A program made the position numbers and the translations under genes. The notes beneath the pieces were generated by a model, which saw nothing but the letters and a program-made list of their open reading frames with translations, had not been told where the DNA came from and did no database searches. DNA of 64,000 bases from the human T2T-CHM13v2.0 reference genome, Homo sapiens. Shown piece by piece: positions 44,476 through 62,192 of this stretch. Numbering within the stretch: position 1 is the first letter of the stretch; every line of letters starts with the position of its first letter. The stretch lies in NCBI RefSeq assembly GCF_009914755.1, contig NC_060932.1; one strand, 5' to 3'.

Positions 44476-45164
44476 AGTTTAAAATTTCTTGAGTTGGAGT
44501 TTATGGCTATTTTTTCCACTAGTTATTAAACATGTATTTTTGTATAAGGCACTGTATTACATTTTGTGGGGGGATTCAAAGCTAAATTAGATGAGACGCA
44601 TCATCTATTATGGAAGATGTTACTTAAGAAGAAATGAGTGTAATGTAGCAGAGAATTAGATAAGGGACGTATGAATACATATAAATGCTGTTGAAGTTCT
44701 GAAGAGAGAGAGTGTTTAGAGAAATTAGAGGAGTCTTTGTGAAGGTATCACTAGAACTTCCTATTTTTGTGGAATATATAGTAGATTTTGGTGTGATACT
44801 GTGGATTTGGACATTCACTCAGAGAAGGAATGAGGGAAGAATGGTGGAGAAGAATGGCATTCACAGTACAAAAAGCAACTGTGACTTTTAAAGAAGTTAA
44901 TATGGAGAAGTGGCAAGTCTTTTCTTCTCTCTTCTCTTCTCTTCTCTTCTCTCTTCTTTTTCTTTTTTCTTTTTTTCTCTGTCAGATACCGTTGTAAAGA
45001 CTTTGCTTTTACCGGAAACTGATACGTTGGGTCATGTACCCTGGCCAGTCAGTTCTCTTTATTCTAACACTTAGCCGATCAGTTAGATTTCCACATTCCA
45101 TGATATGTCAGTTTTGGTGACCCTTATTTTTCCACCTGGTTTATAAAGGGAAAGAATGTGATAT

Positions 45165-45423
45165 GTCACCCAGGCTCTGGAGTACAGTGGCATGATCATA
45201 GGTCACAGCAGCCTCAAAGTTTCCAGTTCAAGCGATCCTACCTCCTTGGCTTCCTGAGTATGTGGCACTACAGGTGCATGCCACCATGCCCAGCTAACTT
45301 TTTTGTAGAGACAGGGTCTCCCTATGTTTCCCAGGCTGGTCTTGAACCCCTGACCTCAAGTGATCCGCCCACCTTGGCTTCCCAAGATATTGGCATTACA
45401 GGCATGAGCCACTGTGCCGGCCT
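45165..45423 (-). mobile_element. AluJ
   Basis: Antisense Alu. Confidence 0.85.
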
Positions 45424-45686
45424 GAAAATTTCTCTTTTGAGATGGCATCCCACAGAAGTATACCTGCTTAGAGCTAACACTGGTAAAAAGACTATTTAAC
45501 CCTATTGCCTTATTTTACTGTAGTTGAGATTGAGTTAAACTGAAAGCTGAATGACCTGTCCTAGGTCATACTGTTACTTTGTGCCAGAGTCAGGATGAGC
45601 AAATGGATTTCCTGCCTGCTAGTCTAGTGTCTTTTCTATTTATTGTGCTGTAACATACAGTTTTAAATTTGTATTTTTATGCCCAA

Positions 45687-46000
45687 TGGACATGGTAGCT
45701 CACACCTGTAATTTCAGCACTTTTGGGAAGCCGAGGTGGGGGGATTGCTCGAGACCAGGAGTTCAAGATGAGCCTGGGCAACATAGCGAGACTCCGTCTC
45801 TATAAAAAAAAATTTAAAAATTAGCTGAGTGGTGATGTGTGTGCGTGTAGTCCTCCTTGTGGGAGGTTGAGGTGGGAGGATCGATTGAATCTAGGAATTC
45901 AGGACTGCAGTGAGCCATGATTACACCACTGCACTCCAGCCTGGGTGACAGAGCAATACCCTGTCTCGAATGAATGAATGAATGAATGAATGAATGAATG
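45687..46000 (+). mobile_element. AluJ with a (GAAT)n tail
   Basis: TSD atgcccaa. Confidence 0.88.
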
Positions 46001-46959
46001 CCCAAATCCGTAAGCTATGTTCTGTATAGCAGCTTTTTCATCATAGGCAGTTTTTACTCTTATCAGTGGACAACCTACAAAATTAACTAAACACTTAAGC
46101 AATTAACAGAGGAGGCCTTGTTCAGAGTGAGAAATCATTAAGCATTTGTTGTTGAAATTTCTTACTGTACTCTGTTTTAATTCTGTTTTTTTTTTTTTTA
46201 ATGTTACTTGTTTTAGTTTGGATTCCTAGTTGAAAAGGGAATATGATTCCTTTAAAACAAAGATACTCTGCTTTAAAGCAAAGGTATATCATCCTCTTCA
46301 TGGTGATTGCCATGGAAACAAGACAATGTAAATTTATTCAAATAGTACACAGTTTTTATAGTTATTGATCATGAGGGGAAGGGACAGTTAATCCCTACTG
46401 ATCAGATAAAACCTCATTGTTTCATACTAATAAATGGTTTTTTTATGCTTATGAAAGGAAAAGCCAGAAGTGTAATTTTTAGTGTTTAGAGAGCTAGTGA
46501 TTCTAGTTAGGGAACTTAATACCTTTGAAGTTATTAGTTTGCAAGCAATAGAATCTACTACTACCAAGGTGACCCCTAGCAGATGTAGAGTACCATTAAC
46601 AAGTGTTCCAGGGAAGGAAAGCCAACTAGATACCAAGTCATGCTTTTTACTCTTAGATTAAGAAATTCAGGTTGAGTTAAAGGATCAGCTGTTAACTAAT
46701 AAAAAGCAGATTAATATTACAGAGCCAGGCTCTGTCCTGGTTATGGACTTAATCTTCACAGCATCCTCAAGAGATAAAAATGAATATACCTGCATATTAG
46801 ATGAGGAAATAGAAGATAAGTAACTTGCCAGAGCTATGACGTGAACTCAGGTAATGTAGCTTAAGAGCCCCCACATGTATGTATATTGGGTGTGTGTGTG
46901 GAGGGGGTGCGTGTGAGTGCTTGTGCATGCGTGTGGTATAATAAGAAAAAATTAGCATT

Positions 46960-47240
46960 TATGCCTGTAATCCCAGCACTTTGGGAGACCGAGGCACGAG
47001 GATCTCTCAACCCCAGGAGTTCAAGACCAGTCTAGGCAACATAGCGAGACCCTACCTCTACAAAAAAAGTTTTAAAAATATTAGCGGGCATGGTGGAATA
47101 CACCTGTAGTCTCAGCTGCTTGGGACGCTGAGGTGGGAGGATCCTTGAGTCCAGGAGATTGAGGCTACAGTGAGCTATGATGACACCTCCGCACTCCAGC
47201 TTAGGTGACAAAGAGAGACCCTGTCTCCAAAAAAAAAAAT
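46960..47240 (+). mobile_element. AluJ
   Basis: Sense Alu. Confidence 0.88.
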
Positions 47241-47429
47241 TAGAACTAGTTATCTGGAGGCCTGTGTTCTAGTCCTAGCTTTAGTACGGCTACACAGTGA
47301 CACATTAGGCTACCATTTAACATCTTTGAACCTCTGATAATTTGTTAACAATATGGGTAAAAATGACTAAGATAAATCAAAGAGCTCCAGCATTCCCTCC
47401 AGCTCTGAAATTCTATGATGTTTTATCTT

Positions 47430-47700
47430 ATTTTACTTACAAAAATAAATTATATTATGTATATTTAAAGTATACAATTTGATGTTATGGGTTACCTATA
47501 GTAAAATGATTACTATAATGAAACTAATTAACATATCCATCATCTTATATTGTTAACCATTTTTTTGTTTTTGTGGTAAAAGCAGCTGAAATCCACTCAT
47601 TTAGCAGGAATCCCAAATACAGTTCAGTTGTATTAATTGTAATTCTCATGTTGTACATTCGATCTCTAGACTTGTTTATGCTACATATGTTTGACTTTTA
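47430..47700 (-). mobile_element. L1MA 3' end
   Basis: aaactaattaacatatccatcatc..gtacattcgatctctagac. Confidence 0.75.
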
Positions 47701-49128
47701 AACATTCTACTCAAATCAACCCTAAGTCAGGGTTAGCACAGACAGGACTTGTTAACAAGGTAGAAGGTGCCACATTGTACCTGGGTGTTTATATTTCTCT
47801 AAATCTTGTTCTGATCATATTTTAATAAATATAATCATCAGGACACCAAAATTCATTCCTTAGCTATTAAAAAATTCTATTCTATTTTATTGTTAAGATT
47901 TAGGAGAGCATGGTACAGATTCTCTTAACTATACCTATCAGAAGCCTATGTTTTAAGTCCAATGTATAGGCACTGCTCTGTTTGTCTCTGGTGGGAACTT
48001 ACCCTGCTTTACCTAATTTCATCCTGGCTTCCTTTTTGTGAAAGATCACCCTTGCTTAGCCTATTTTTTGGCAAATCTACACCTTGGAAATAGTAGTAAA
48101 TGACATAAGCATATTAATATTTATGATGTGATTTATTTTTGTTTTCAAGTCATATACTGGGGAAGATTCTCAAATATTAAAACAATGTATCTTTACATTT
48201 ATGTATGTCGTTCTTGTTCTGTTTTAGAAGGCTTGTATTTGCATTTTTAACATTCCAAAAGGTAAACCTGTAATCATAATGTTTTCATCAATTCAATAAA
48301 ACCATTACGTTTGTAATAGAGAGCCCTATAGTTGCCTTAGTTAAGTTTGCTGCAACTCATTTTATATATTCTTTTAATTTTGATCCCTGGATTTTTAATT
48401 GATTATTAAACCTTCATTAGGATATATATGAAATGTAAAAATATTGAGTTATAATCTACCGTTTTCTAAAATTTTATACTGCATTTTTATATAGAAATTC
48501 AAATTGCTCATAATCATTCTAGTGAATTTAAGTAGAAAGGTATTTATTACTAGGTATTAAATGGCTTATAATATTGTTGACAAGGTTCCACTGCAAAATA
48601 GTTCACCAAGGGAGCTGTGGCCTCTTCTGTGATCAAGAAGCCATCTGTCAACTTGGGAAGCTTCCACTATAGCACCTAACCCCAGACTACATTGAGTAGG
48701 AAGCTGTAATAATCAGGAAGCTTCTACCTTTGCATGCTCTGCAAACCAACGTGAACCTGCTGTAATTTGTAACCACAAAATGGATGCCTGTTGATACTTA
48801 CGAAGCTCATCATTGTATGCTGGGTTCTTTGCTAATACTTTCTTATAAAAATTAAATACCTCCACAATCATGCATGCTAGCAGAAACAGCAGACGAGTAG
48901 CCTTAGCCTCACTTCCTGCTTATACCTGTCATGCAAATATACAGAACCCAGAACCCTAGCTGAAAGGGAGTTTGAGAACTAGTATTTGTATTGTCCCAGA
49001 TTCTGCAGTGGAAGAATTCATAGTGGATGGAAGTTAGAATGACCCTTGAATTACAATCGGCCACATTCATCACAAATACATTAAATAAGAGTAATTTGCC
49101 ATAAAGCTCTATGTTTGTATACTTCTTT

Positions 49129-49445
49129 GTTTTTTTTTTTTTTTTTTTTTTTTTTTTTGAGACAGGGTCTCACTCTGTTGCTCAGTCTGTAGTGCAGTGG
49201 TGTCATCATAGCTCACTGCAGTCTTGATCTCCTGAGCTCAAACGATTCTCCTGCCTCAGCTCCTGCTTCAGCCTCCTGAGTAGCGGAACAACAGGTACAC
49301 ACCACCACACTTTGCTAATTTTTTATTTTTTATTTTTTGTAGAGATGTGGGTCTCACTGTGTTGCCCAGGATGGTCTCGAACTCCTGGGCTTAAGTGATC
49401 CTCCCAAAGTGTTGGGATTACAGGCATGAACCACTGTGCCTGGCC
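49129..49445 (-). mobile_element. AluJ with a T-tract of about 30 nt
   Basis: Antisense Alu with a small internal duplication. Confidence 0.9.
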
Positions 49446-49821
49446 CATATACTACATATATTTAAAAGTAGTATTTAAATGTGTAGGATGAATGAAAGAG
49501 GCAGTAAGAGAACAAAGTGAATGAAAAAGTATTTCTATATGAAGTGAAAGCAGGAGAGTCCTCTCTGTTAGAGAACAACAGAATTGCATATGACAGACTA
49601 GCTTTCTTAATATTTCTAGAACTTGATGGCTGTGAAGAGCGTCCCGTAGGAATTCTCCCTTCACTTAGGAAAACATACCTCAAAACCATCAGCTGTTTAG
49701 CATGCACCTGCTTTTCCTGGTATATCTCAGTGAAGCAGCTAAATTGTAAATGATTAAGTAAACTTTGCAGTGTATCATGTGCAAAAGCACAGTAAAAACA
49801 AAAATGCATTGGAAGCTGTGA

Positions 49822-50162
<341 letters not shown>

Positions 50163-50548
50163 CCGCATTGCGTTTTATATAATTCTCATGGTTCTAGTCT
50201 CGAGCTGTAGGATTTTGATCACTGTTTCAAACAATAATGTGAGTTTGCTAAGAGGTCTAAATAACAAAAGCTAAGTGTTCCAAACACATATCCAAACCTA
50301 TACACTGGGCAATGCATCTGAATTATATGTGAAATTTCCTGCCATTATTTAAGACACAAAAGGAACATTATTTTGATAATGTATTTATTTGTGAGTGGAG
50401 TGTTCAGAATGAGCACGATGGGTATAACATTTTTGTAGGTTTTTAAAGTTGAAATTTAGTGTAAATCCAAAGAATCAATAGACAAGTCTGTGTTTTACTT
50501 AACCTATATGTTTAAATTAGCATTTTTAGATACTGATTTTATTCCTAA

Positions 50549-50779
<231 letters not shown>

Positions 50780-50805
50780 TAAAAGATCCTTTTTGCTTTT
50801 AATAG

Positions 50806-50976
<171 letters not shown>

Positions 50977-51079
50977 TAGGCCTCTCACAAGTAAAATGAA
51001 TTACCTGTTTGTTTTTGTATGCCTATTTTAGTCAGTTTGGGGGAAGGGATCTGTGAGGAAAGGATAAGTCATAGAGCAC

Positions 51080-51370
51080 TTTTCTTTTTTAAGAGACAGA
51101 GTCTCTCTGTGTTGCTCAAGCTGGAGTGCAGTGGTGCGATCATAGCTTACTGCAGCCTCGATCTCGTGGGCCCAAGTAATCCTCAGCCACCTGAGTAGAT
51201 GGGACTACAGACATGCACTACTATGCCCAGCTAATATATTTTAATTTTTTGTATAGAGACAGGGTCTTCTAGTGCTTCCTAGGCTGGTCTTGAACTCCTG
51301 AGCTCAAGTGATCCTCCTGCCTCAGCCTCCCAAACTACTGGGATTACAGGCATGATCCACCGCTCCCAGC
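51080..51370 (-). mobile_element. AluJ
   Basis: Antisense Alu in intron 26. Confidence 0.88.
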
Positions 51371-51724
51371 CAGAACATTTTCTTGGTTGATGGGAAGTAG
51401 CTGACCATGGTATTTAGAAAACTTCTTTCTCATCGATTAAAGAAGCAGTACTGAAATCAATGCGGAGGAATCCATATATCATATTTACTTCTGGTGTGTA
51501 GAAGTGGAAAGGGAATACATTTGTTGCTTACTTTTTTGTACCTTTACATGTGATTGATCACTTGTGAGTTTTTTCTTTCAAACATCTTAAAGCTTCCAGA
51601 GCTTTTTCTAGAAAAAAAAATCAGTTTTAAGAATCACCAGTTCTAAAAGGGTAATATCTTATTCATCTTTCTGAGAATGGAGTATCATGATTCATGAATT
51701 AGATACTTGCATCTTAACATTTGA

Positions 51725-51868
<144 letters not shown>

Positions 51869-52148
51869 TGATTCAAATTCTGTTTAAAATTTTATATTTT
51901 AATTCCTTTCCAATTAAAGAGAAAATGGCATATATAACAAAGCATAAAATTCGGCCAGGGAAGTGATGTGAACAGACTAAAATTTATTGTATATAATTTC
52001 TGGGGCTAATAAAGAATTGGAGGTATTTGAGAAAGGAATTAATTTGGGTTCTTTTAAACCTATCTGCTAACTCATTTGGCTTAGAGTAGTCACATGTTAT
52101 AATACTTATAGTTGATCAAAAAATTGATTCCTAAGTGTTCTTATTAAA

Positions 52149-52150
<2 letters not shown>

Positions 52151-52218
<68 letters not shown>

Positions 52219-52227
52219 CACACACAC
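52151..52227. repeat. (CA)16(TC)10(CA)n compound microsatellite
   Basis: Direct reading, intron 27. Confidence 0.93.
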
Positions 52228-52672
52228 TTATGTACTTTCTTGCTTTTTTTGACCTAAGATCTTAGATAACTATTACAGATTAAATACTAATCCACTGGCA
52301 GACTTCAGCTAATTAGAACACTGGAATAATAGGCAAGCATAGTGAATTACATTTTCTGGTGAACTTTTTCTGCTTTATTGAAGTATGCAGAATGTAAATG
52401 AATTGTTTTTATAACTTTGGCACTTGCTGTATCTTAGAACATTCTTTTGATGATTTATTTTCTGTAGTTTTGGGAGAGATAAGACATTGGAATGCGTTTC
52501 TAACTACCTTTAGAACTTTAGAAACTGATAATTTAGGAGGTTATTTTCAGGTGATTAATTTGACAGCTTGATTAGGCAAAGAAAAAATTGTGATTTTGAG
52601 ATTTTTGTTTCTTATTTTCTTCACATTTAAAAGTTTTTTGAAACTTTTTTTAATGGACCTTTATATGTTTAA

Positions 52673-52807
<135 letters not shown>

Positions 52808-52914
52808 TAAAGAGAAAGAACTGTCAGATGTTGGGCTATTTCATTGGCAAAAGGAAGTTAAATTTAAAACATAAGCTTTTCAGTATTAGAATGATCAAAG
52901 TGAGCTATAAAAGA

Positions 52915-53165
52915 ATAATGTTAATTTAATAGCTAACACTTCTTGGATATTACTGTTTGTCAGGCATTATGTTAAATGCTAAGAACTTTATATGTGATAT
53001 CTCATTTAATTCTTACAAGAGTCTAACAGCTGTTACTATTTATCGCCATTTTATAGTTGAAGATACCAAGGGTTAAGAAGTTGACAAACTTGTTCAAGAG
53101 CATACAGCTAATGGCCGAGCTGGCTTTCAAGTCTATATTTGTCTACCTCTAGCATCAAGACACTA
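52915..53165 (-). mobile_element. MIR
   Basis: atctcatttaattcttacaa..ccattttatagttgaaga. Confidence 0.75.
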
Positions 53166-53192
53166 TTTATTTTTCTTTGTATGAAATATATA

Positions 53193-54958
<1,766 letters not shown>

Positions 54959-56120
54959 CTTATTAAAATCAAGAGTTTAGTGATAGACATACTGAGTTTG
55001 GGATACCTGTGGAGTAGTCCAGAAGTTAATTTAAATATATGGGCTTAGTGTACAGAAGTGAGCAGGGTGCTTATATATGAATAAATATTATTTTAAGATA
55101 TATTTAAATTTTCCTTAAAATAATACCTATACTTGATATAAAAAGTTAATTGGAAATTAGTGGCTTATGACAAGCATACCAGCCCACACTCTTCCCAAAC
55201 CCACTTTGCTCTTATTCATAGAAGCTGTCATCTTCAAATCTTCCAGCTGATTTCCCTGGCGTGTGCCTTCTTATTTCTGAATGACACGCTTAGAGTACTA
55301 TTTTTTTGACTTAGCAATTTTAGAAATTTTCTACTCATCTCCTATTATGGTAGATTTCCCCTCCTTCATTCCTCCTCCAATATAATTATATTTCGTCATA
55401 TTAATAATTTGTTTATATATATTTTTAATATAATATGATAATATTGTATTTATATTATTAAAACTACACAAATATTATATACACACTACTAACCCAACCG
55501 TGTTATTATGGCCACCACTACCTTTATTTTTTTCCTTGTGTTAGTGATTGTCTTTGTTTTATTTTCTTGGTTTTGAGTATTCCTTTTACTAATTTTCTTT
55601 TTTCCTATTTCAATCTCTCATTATTTGTTTACTCATTTGGAGTGTTCCTTGACTTTTATCCCCTCTTACCTAGTGACATTTTAATTTTAGTTATCAAATT
55701 TTTAATTTCTAAGAATGCTTCTTGTTCTCTTCTTGTTTCTTCTTCCCCACCAGCCAAAAATCTATGATGTTATAGCAAGGATCATACATTGTTTCCCAGT
55801 AGGTTAAGAAACCTTGGTTAAAACCTGTTGTATCCCAGTAAGTTAAAAGACGTTAACGTGTCATCTTCAGTATGGATGAAAGAATATTTTCTTTCAAAAG
55901 CAGTTGGTTGAGGAAGAGAATGGGACAAATGCTCTTTTTAAAACACCAATTTTGTGATGAACTCAAATTGCAATTTTAACTTTACCATTATAATGAATGT
56001 ATTTGATCCAAAATGTTTAAAATCTAGGCTGTTGTCATTTAAATAACAAATTACCTCACTGGTATCATGAAGAATAAAAGTTTGTACTGATTTGGAAAGA
56101 CATTCTCATTTAGGGGATGA

Positions 56121-56270
<150 letters not shown>

Positions 56271-56436
56271 TAAAAAGGTAATTAGTTTATGATAGGATAG
56301 TTATGATTCTATGTATGCTTAAAATTCTGTATTTTGCCAGCATTTTAAAAATTGTTCTTAAGCTAAGAGTCTGAGTTTATATTTCAGTTTATATTCATTC
56401 TAAGGAAAAATGTGGTATCTGAAGCTCTAAAAATAA

Positions 56437-56607
<171 letters not shown>

Positions 56608-57014
56608 TAAACTATCTTTTGCATGTGTTCTCATTTATTTCCTTCTAACAAAATAGATTTGGAAAATATATCTAAGTTGATAATATGACCATAGCTTCCA
56701 CTGTCACATCTGGGAGGTGACTCAGATTCCCCCTGCTGCGATGCTTATCTCTTTGCCAAGCTTTAGTCCCGTGTTTCTGTATGAATAAAAACCAGTTACG
56801 TTTTCAGCAATCATATTCAATATTTATAAAATCTAACTCATTATTTACCCACCCTGCATTTTATCCAAATGCCGAAACTCCTCTTTTTGGATTCTTTATT
56901 TTTGATTATCATACCATCACATTTGTAGTCAGAGGTTCCTAATGCTTAAAACCTCTGATCTGAATTTTCTCTCCTCCAATATAAAACCCCTTCGTCTTCC
57001 TCTTCTTCTTCTTC

Positions 57015-57319
57015 ATTTTTTTTTTTTTTTTTTTTGTCTGAAGACTTGTCTCACTGTGTTGCCCAGGCTGGAGTGTAGTGGTGCGATCACTGCTCACTGC
57101 AGCCTTGACCCCCTGGACTCAAGCTATCCTCGTACCTCAGCCTCCCGAGTAGCTGGGACTACAGAACATGCCACCATGCTCAGCTAATTTTTGTATTTTT
57201 TGTAGAGACAGGGTTTTGCCATATTGCCTAGGCTGGTCTTGAACTCCTAAGCTCAAGCAATCTTCCCGCCTCAGTCTCCAAAGTTCTGGCACTACAGGTG
57301 TGAGCCACTGTGCCTGGCC
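57015..57319 (-). mobile_element. AluJ
   Basis: Antisense Alu. Confidence 0.9.
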
Positions 57320-58248
57320 TCTTTTTCTCATTTAAATACTTTTCATACCTTTTGTAAAACGGGTTCCTTGTTGCCTGTCTATGCCTTCCTCCTCCTTCTT
57401 AATGACACCACGTTAATTCTGACTGTTTTCCCTTGGCCTGTTGCAGAAGCCTCTTAACTATTAACCCTTCATTCTCTCTCTCTGTTTCATCTGATATATG
57501 AGTACCAAACTAAATCTTCCTTTATCATATCTTACTTCTGCTTAAATGTTTTTTTTCTAGCTTAGAATTCAAGGCCCTCTATTTATGAACTTAAACTTAC
57601 TTTTCCCTCTAAGTTACAGAATTTGAAATGGTTTATCTTACCTGGATTGTTTATCACTTGTTGAAGATCCATTTTCAACTTCCATATATTTATTTACAGT
57701 GTTGCTTCTCCTTGTAGTTTCCTTGATTCCTCAAAACTCCTTTTAAGAATTCTTGAAGATCTCGCTTTATTACTATTTCTCGCTTTATTACTGTAAAGAC
57801 TATGAGAAGGTCTTTCATGATCTTATCAGCAAAGTAATTCCTCTCTCTTGAATTCATAGAGGACTTTCAGATGAATTCTAAAGATGCTTCTGTAGCACTT
57901 ACCACACAATGCTATATTTTATTTTTTTGTAATTAGTGGTAAACAAGTATTATTATATCTTCTAGATTTTAAACTCCAAATAAAGATACTAGCTCCTTAC
58001 CTTTTTGTGTGTCTCCTGTAGCACCTAGCACAATGCCTCATAAACAGGAGGTGATCATTAAATATTTAGAAGAAATTATTTCCCAAGAATAGTTGCTTGG
58101 TAATTGTATTTGTCTTTTACTTCCTTTTAAAAAATTGTTTCTGTCACTAAATTGCATCCAATAGATGTTACTTGAGTGCAGAATTTTCTAATGACATTAC
58201 ACAGTGCTACATCTGACACTAATTCTTTTGTTAAAAAATAAATATTCT

Positions 58249-58577
<329 letters not shown>

Positions 58578-58589
58578 TTAATAGAGGTG

Positions 58590-58909
<320 letters not shown>

Positions 58910-59307
58910 TAATGAAAAATAATAATCATTAGATAGGCAGATTTTTAGAAGGAGGGCATCGAATGGGTTCTTGGATATTGGACACAATAAGAAATATTGA
59001 GCTAAAAGTCTGAAGGAATTGGCAGATATACTGTTACAGGTAAACACTTTGTAGAAGAAAATAATGAATGAGACTTTCTTTTGAGATTTTCTTAGCCTCT
59101 TAGTTGTTCCCAGTTAAAGCCTCATATTTTTCCTTTTCATGACAATAAAAATAATAATAAAATCAGTAATAAAGTGAATATATGAGATGTTAACCTGTTC
59201 CTTTATGACAATGTCCTGTTTACCAATTAACAGTGTGTTTTTGTGGTGATGGGGGCAAGACAAATCTTTAAATGGTGGAAAGCAAAGAAAGAAATTATAA
59301 AACATGA

Positions 59308-59625
<318 letters not shown>

Positions 59626-60189
59626 TAACCATTTCAAAAGTACCCTCCAGAAGCAACATTTGCTCACTTTATTTGCATTTCCATACTGGACACTTAGAAA
59701 ATGAATTAAAATTGTTTTTACAGTCAATCTGTTGTAAAAACATGTCAGTTATCTACTTTTAAAGATGATACTAAAAAGTAGTTGTCCAGGCTGCTGATGT
59801 CTTTCTATTTCATTGGGAGGTTTTGTTTTTAAATTGGAAACATTATTTTAGGTTGATAAATTATAATTTTACATTCAAATGTGGTAGTTGGAATTTAAAG
59901 CTGGAAAGTTATCCTTGCTATGAGTTGGTCAGGAGCTCAGCCACTTTCTTTTGGTTTAGCATCTTCTCTAATCTCCCTCCCCTTCCAGTAATGCTGTCTT
60001 TTGATAGTAAGTGGATTTCATATTATTCTCTTCAGTTTTAATAGTGTTTCCTTCATATCCTTTTATTATTGCTTGTTCTGCCCTAAGTGACCATTTCCAG
60101 AAATGTCATTTAGGATTTTCTCTAAACTCCACGTAGCAGACTCTATAATGCATACTCTGCAGAAGGTGAGGCAGTGGGAGGTAGAGGGG

Positions 60190-60320
60190 AGACTACTAGA
60201 CTAGGAGTCACGGAATCAGGACTTTAGTTCTTCCTTACAGTTGTTCACCTGGTGAACCTGCACATGTCCTTTAATTTCCTTGGGTCTCCATTTCCTCAGC
60301 TATACAATGGAAATGACACT
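60190..60320 (+). mobile_element. MIR
   Basis: ttaatttccttgggtctccatttcctcagctatacaatgg. Confidence 0.7.
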
Positions 60321-61302
60321 TCCTCCCCCACATCCAGGAAACAACAGATGACATTAGAAAATAGAAGACATGGGATAAGTATAAAATGTTGAAAGAGTTA
60401 AACACATTCAAGGCAATATTAAGGGATTATTTTTTACTTCCAAGAAGCTCCTGGAAGCTTTGGGCAGGCACAGTTGGATCCTACTTTAGAAAAATCTTTC
60501 TCTAACTATAAGTAGAAAACCCTTCTGCTTTTTGAATGTAGCATTTCCCTCTTTTGATATAGAGTATCTTTGGCAACTTTGAATTTTCTTTTTCATACTC
60601 TTATATAAGACATCATGTGAAAATTCTTATTTCTTACTGAGTTTTTGGAAATGAAATTATAATGTCTTAATAGTTTGAGAAAGAATATCATACCTACCAG
60701 CGGTAATTGAGTAAGTTCCCTCTCTTTGGACACTTGAAAGTAGTATCTTCTTTCATGAATTAGTGATATTATTTAATAATGAATGAGTGATCTCTCCTAA
60801 CTCCCCTTCAGAAGAGGAAAATGAAGTAGGGGAAAAGGTAAATTCCCCAAGGGATAGGTATGAAACCTTTATGAACCTTCTGGATAGAGAAGATGACTGC
60901 TGATTTCTGTGATTAGAAATTATACTTGGGTTATTCTGCAAATTGAAATGAATTATTTTAAAAAAAACAACTTTAATGTTTATTAAGCAAGTTTTGTTAT
61001 TCATGAGTTTCATTAGCCTTTAATTTTTTTTTTTAAATTTTGAAGTAAAATTTCTTGCTGTCACAATACACATTAAAAATTACAAATATGACACATATTA
61101 AACACATTAAGATGGCCGAATAGGAAAAATATGCTAAAATATTTTTATATAAATACATTTTTTGAGAATTTTGAGAATTTCTGGAACAAAGTAATGATAT
61201 AATCCATAAATGTACAATTAAAGAGTTTAAGGATATCCAAAATACTTGGCAAAGTAATCTGAAATAATACTCTTAGGAAGGTAGGGCAAGAATGTGATTC
61301 TA

Positions 61303-61620
<318 letters not shown>

Positions 61621-61877
61621 TTATTCCCTCGACTCGTGTATATGTTTGATATATCCCACAATAAACCTTAAAAAAAAAAAGATGAGTGGTCAATTATAGG
61701 AAGATATAAATAGAAAAGGCAATAAGGACAAAAGTTGGCAAAGCTTACCTAAGCACTCTTCAGATAAAAAGACATTTTTGCTAACTAGATTTGAATATTA
61801 TAGTTTAATTGTCAAGGAAAATGCCTCAACTTAATCTTTGTTAAGAGACTACTTAAGGCACTATCAGAAGTTCCCTC

Positions 61878-62192
<315 letters not shown>

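Noticed and set aside
57760-57792. tctcgctttattact duplicated with an 18-bp period
   Set aside because: Small slippage duplication with no sign of function.
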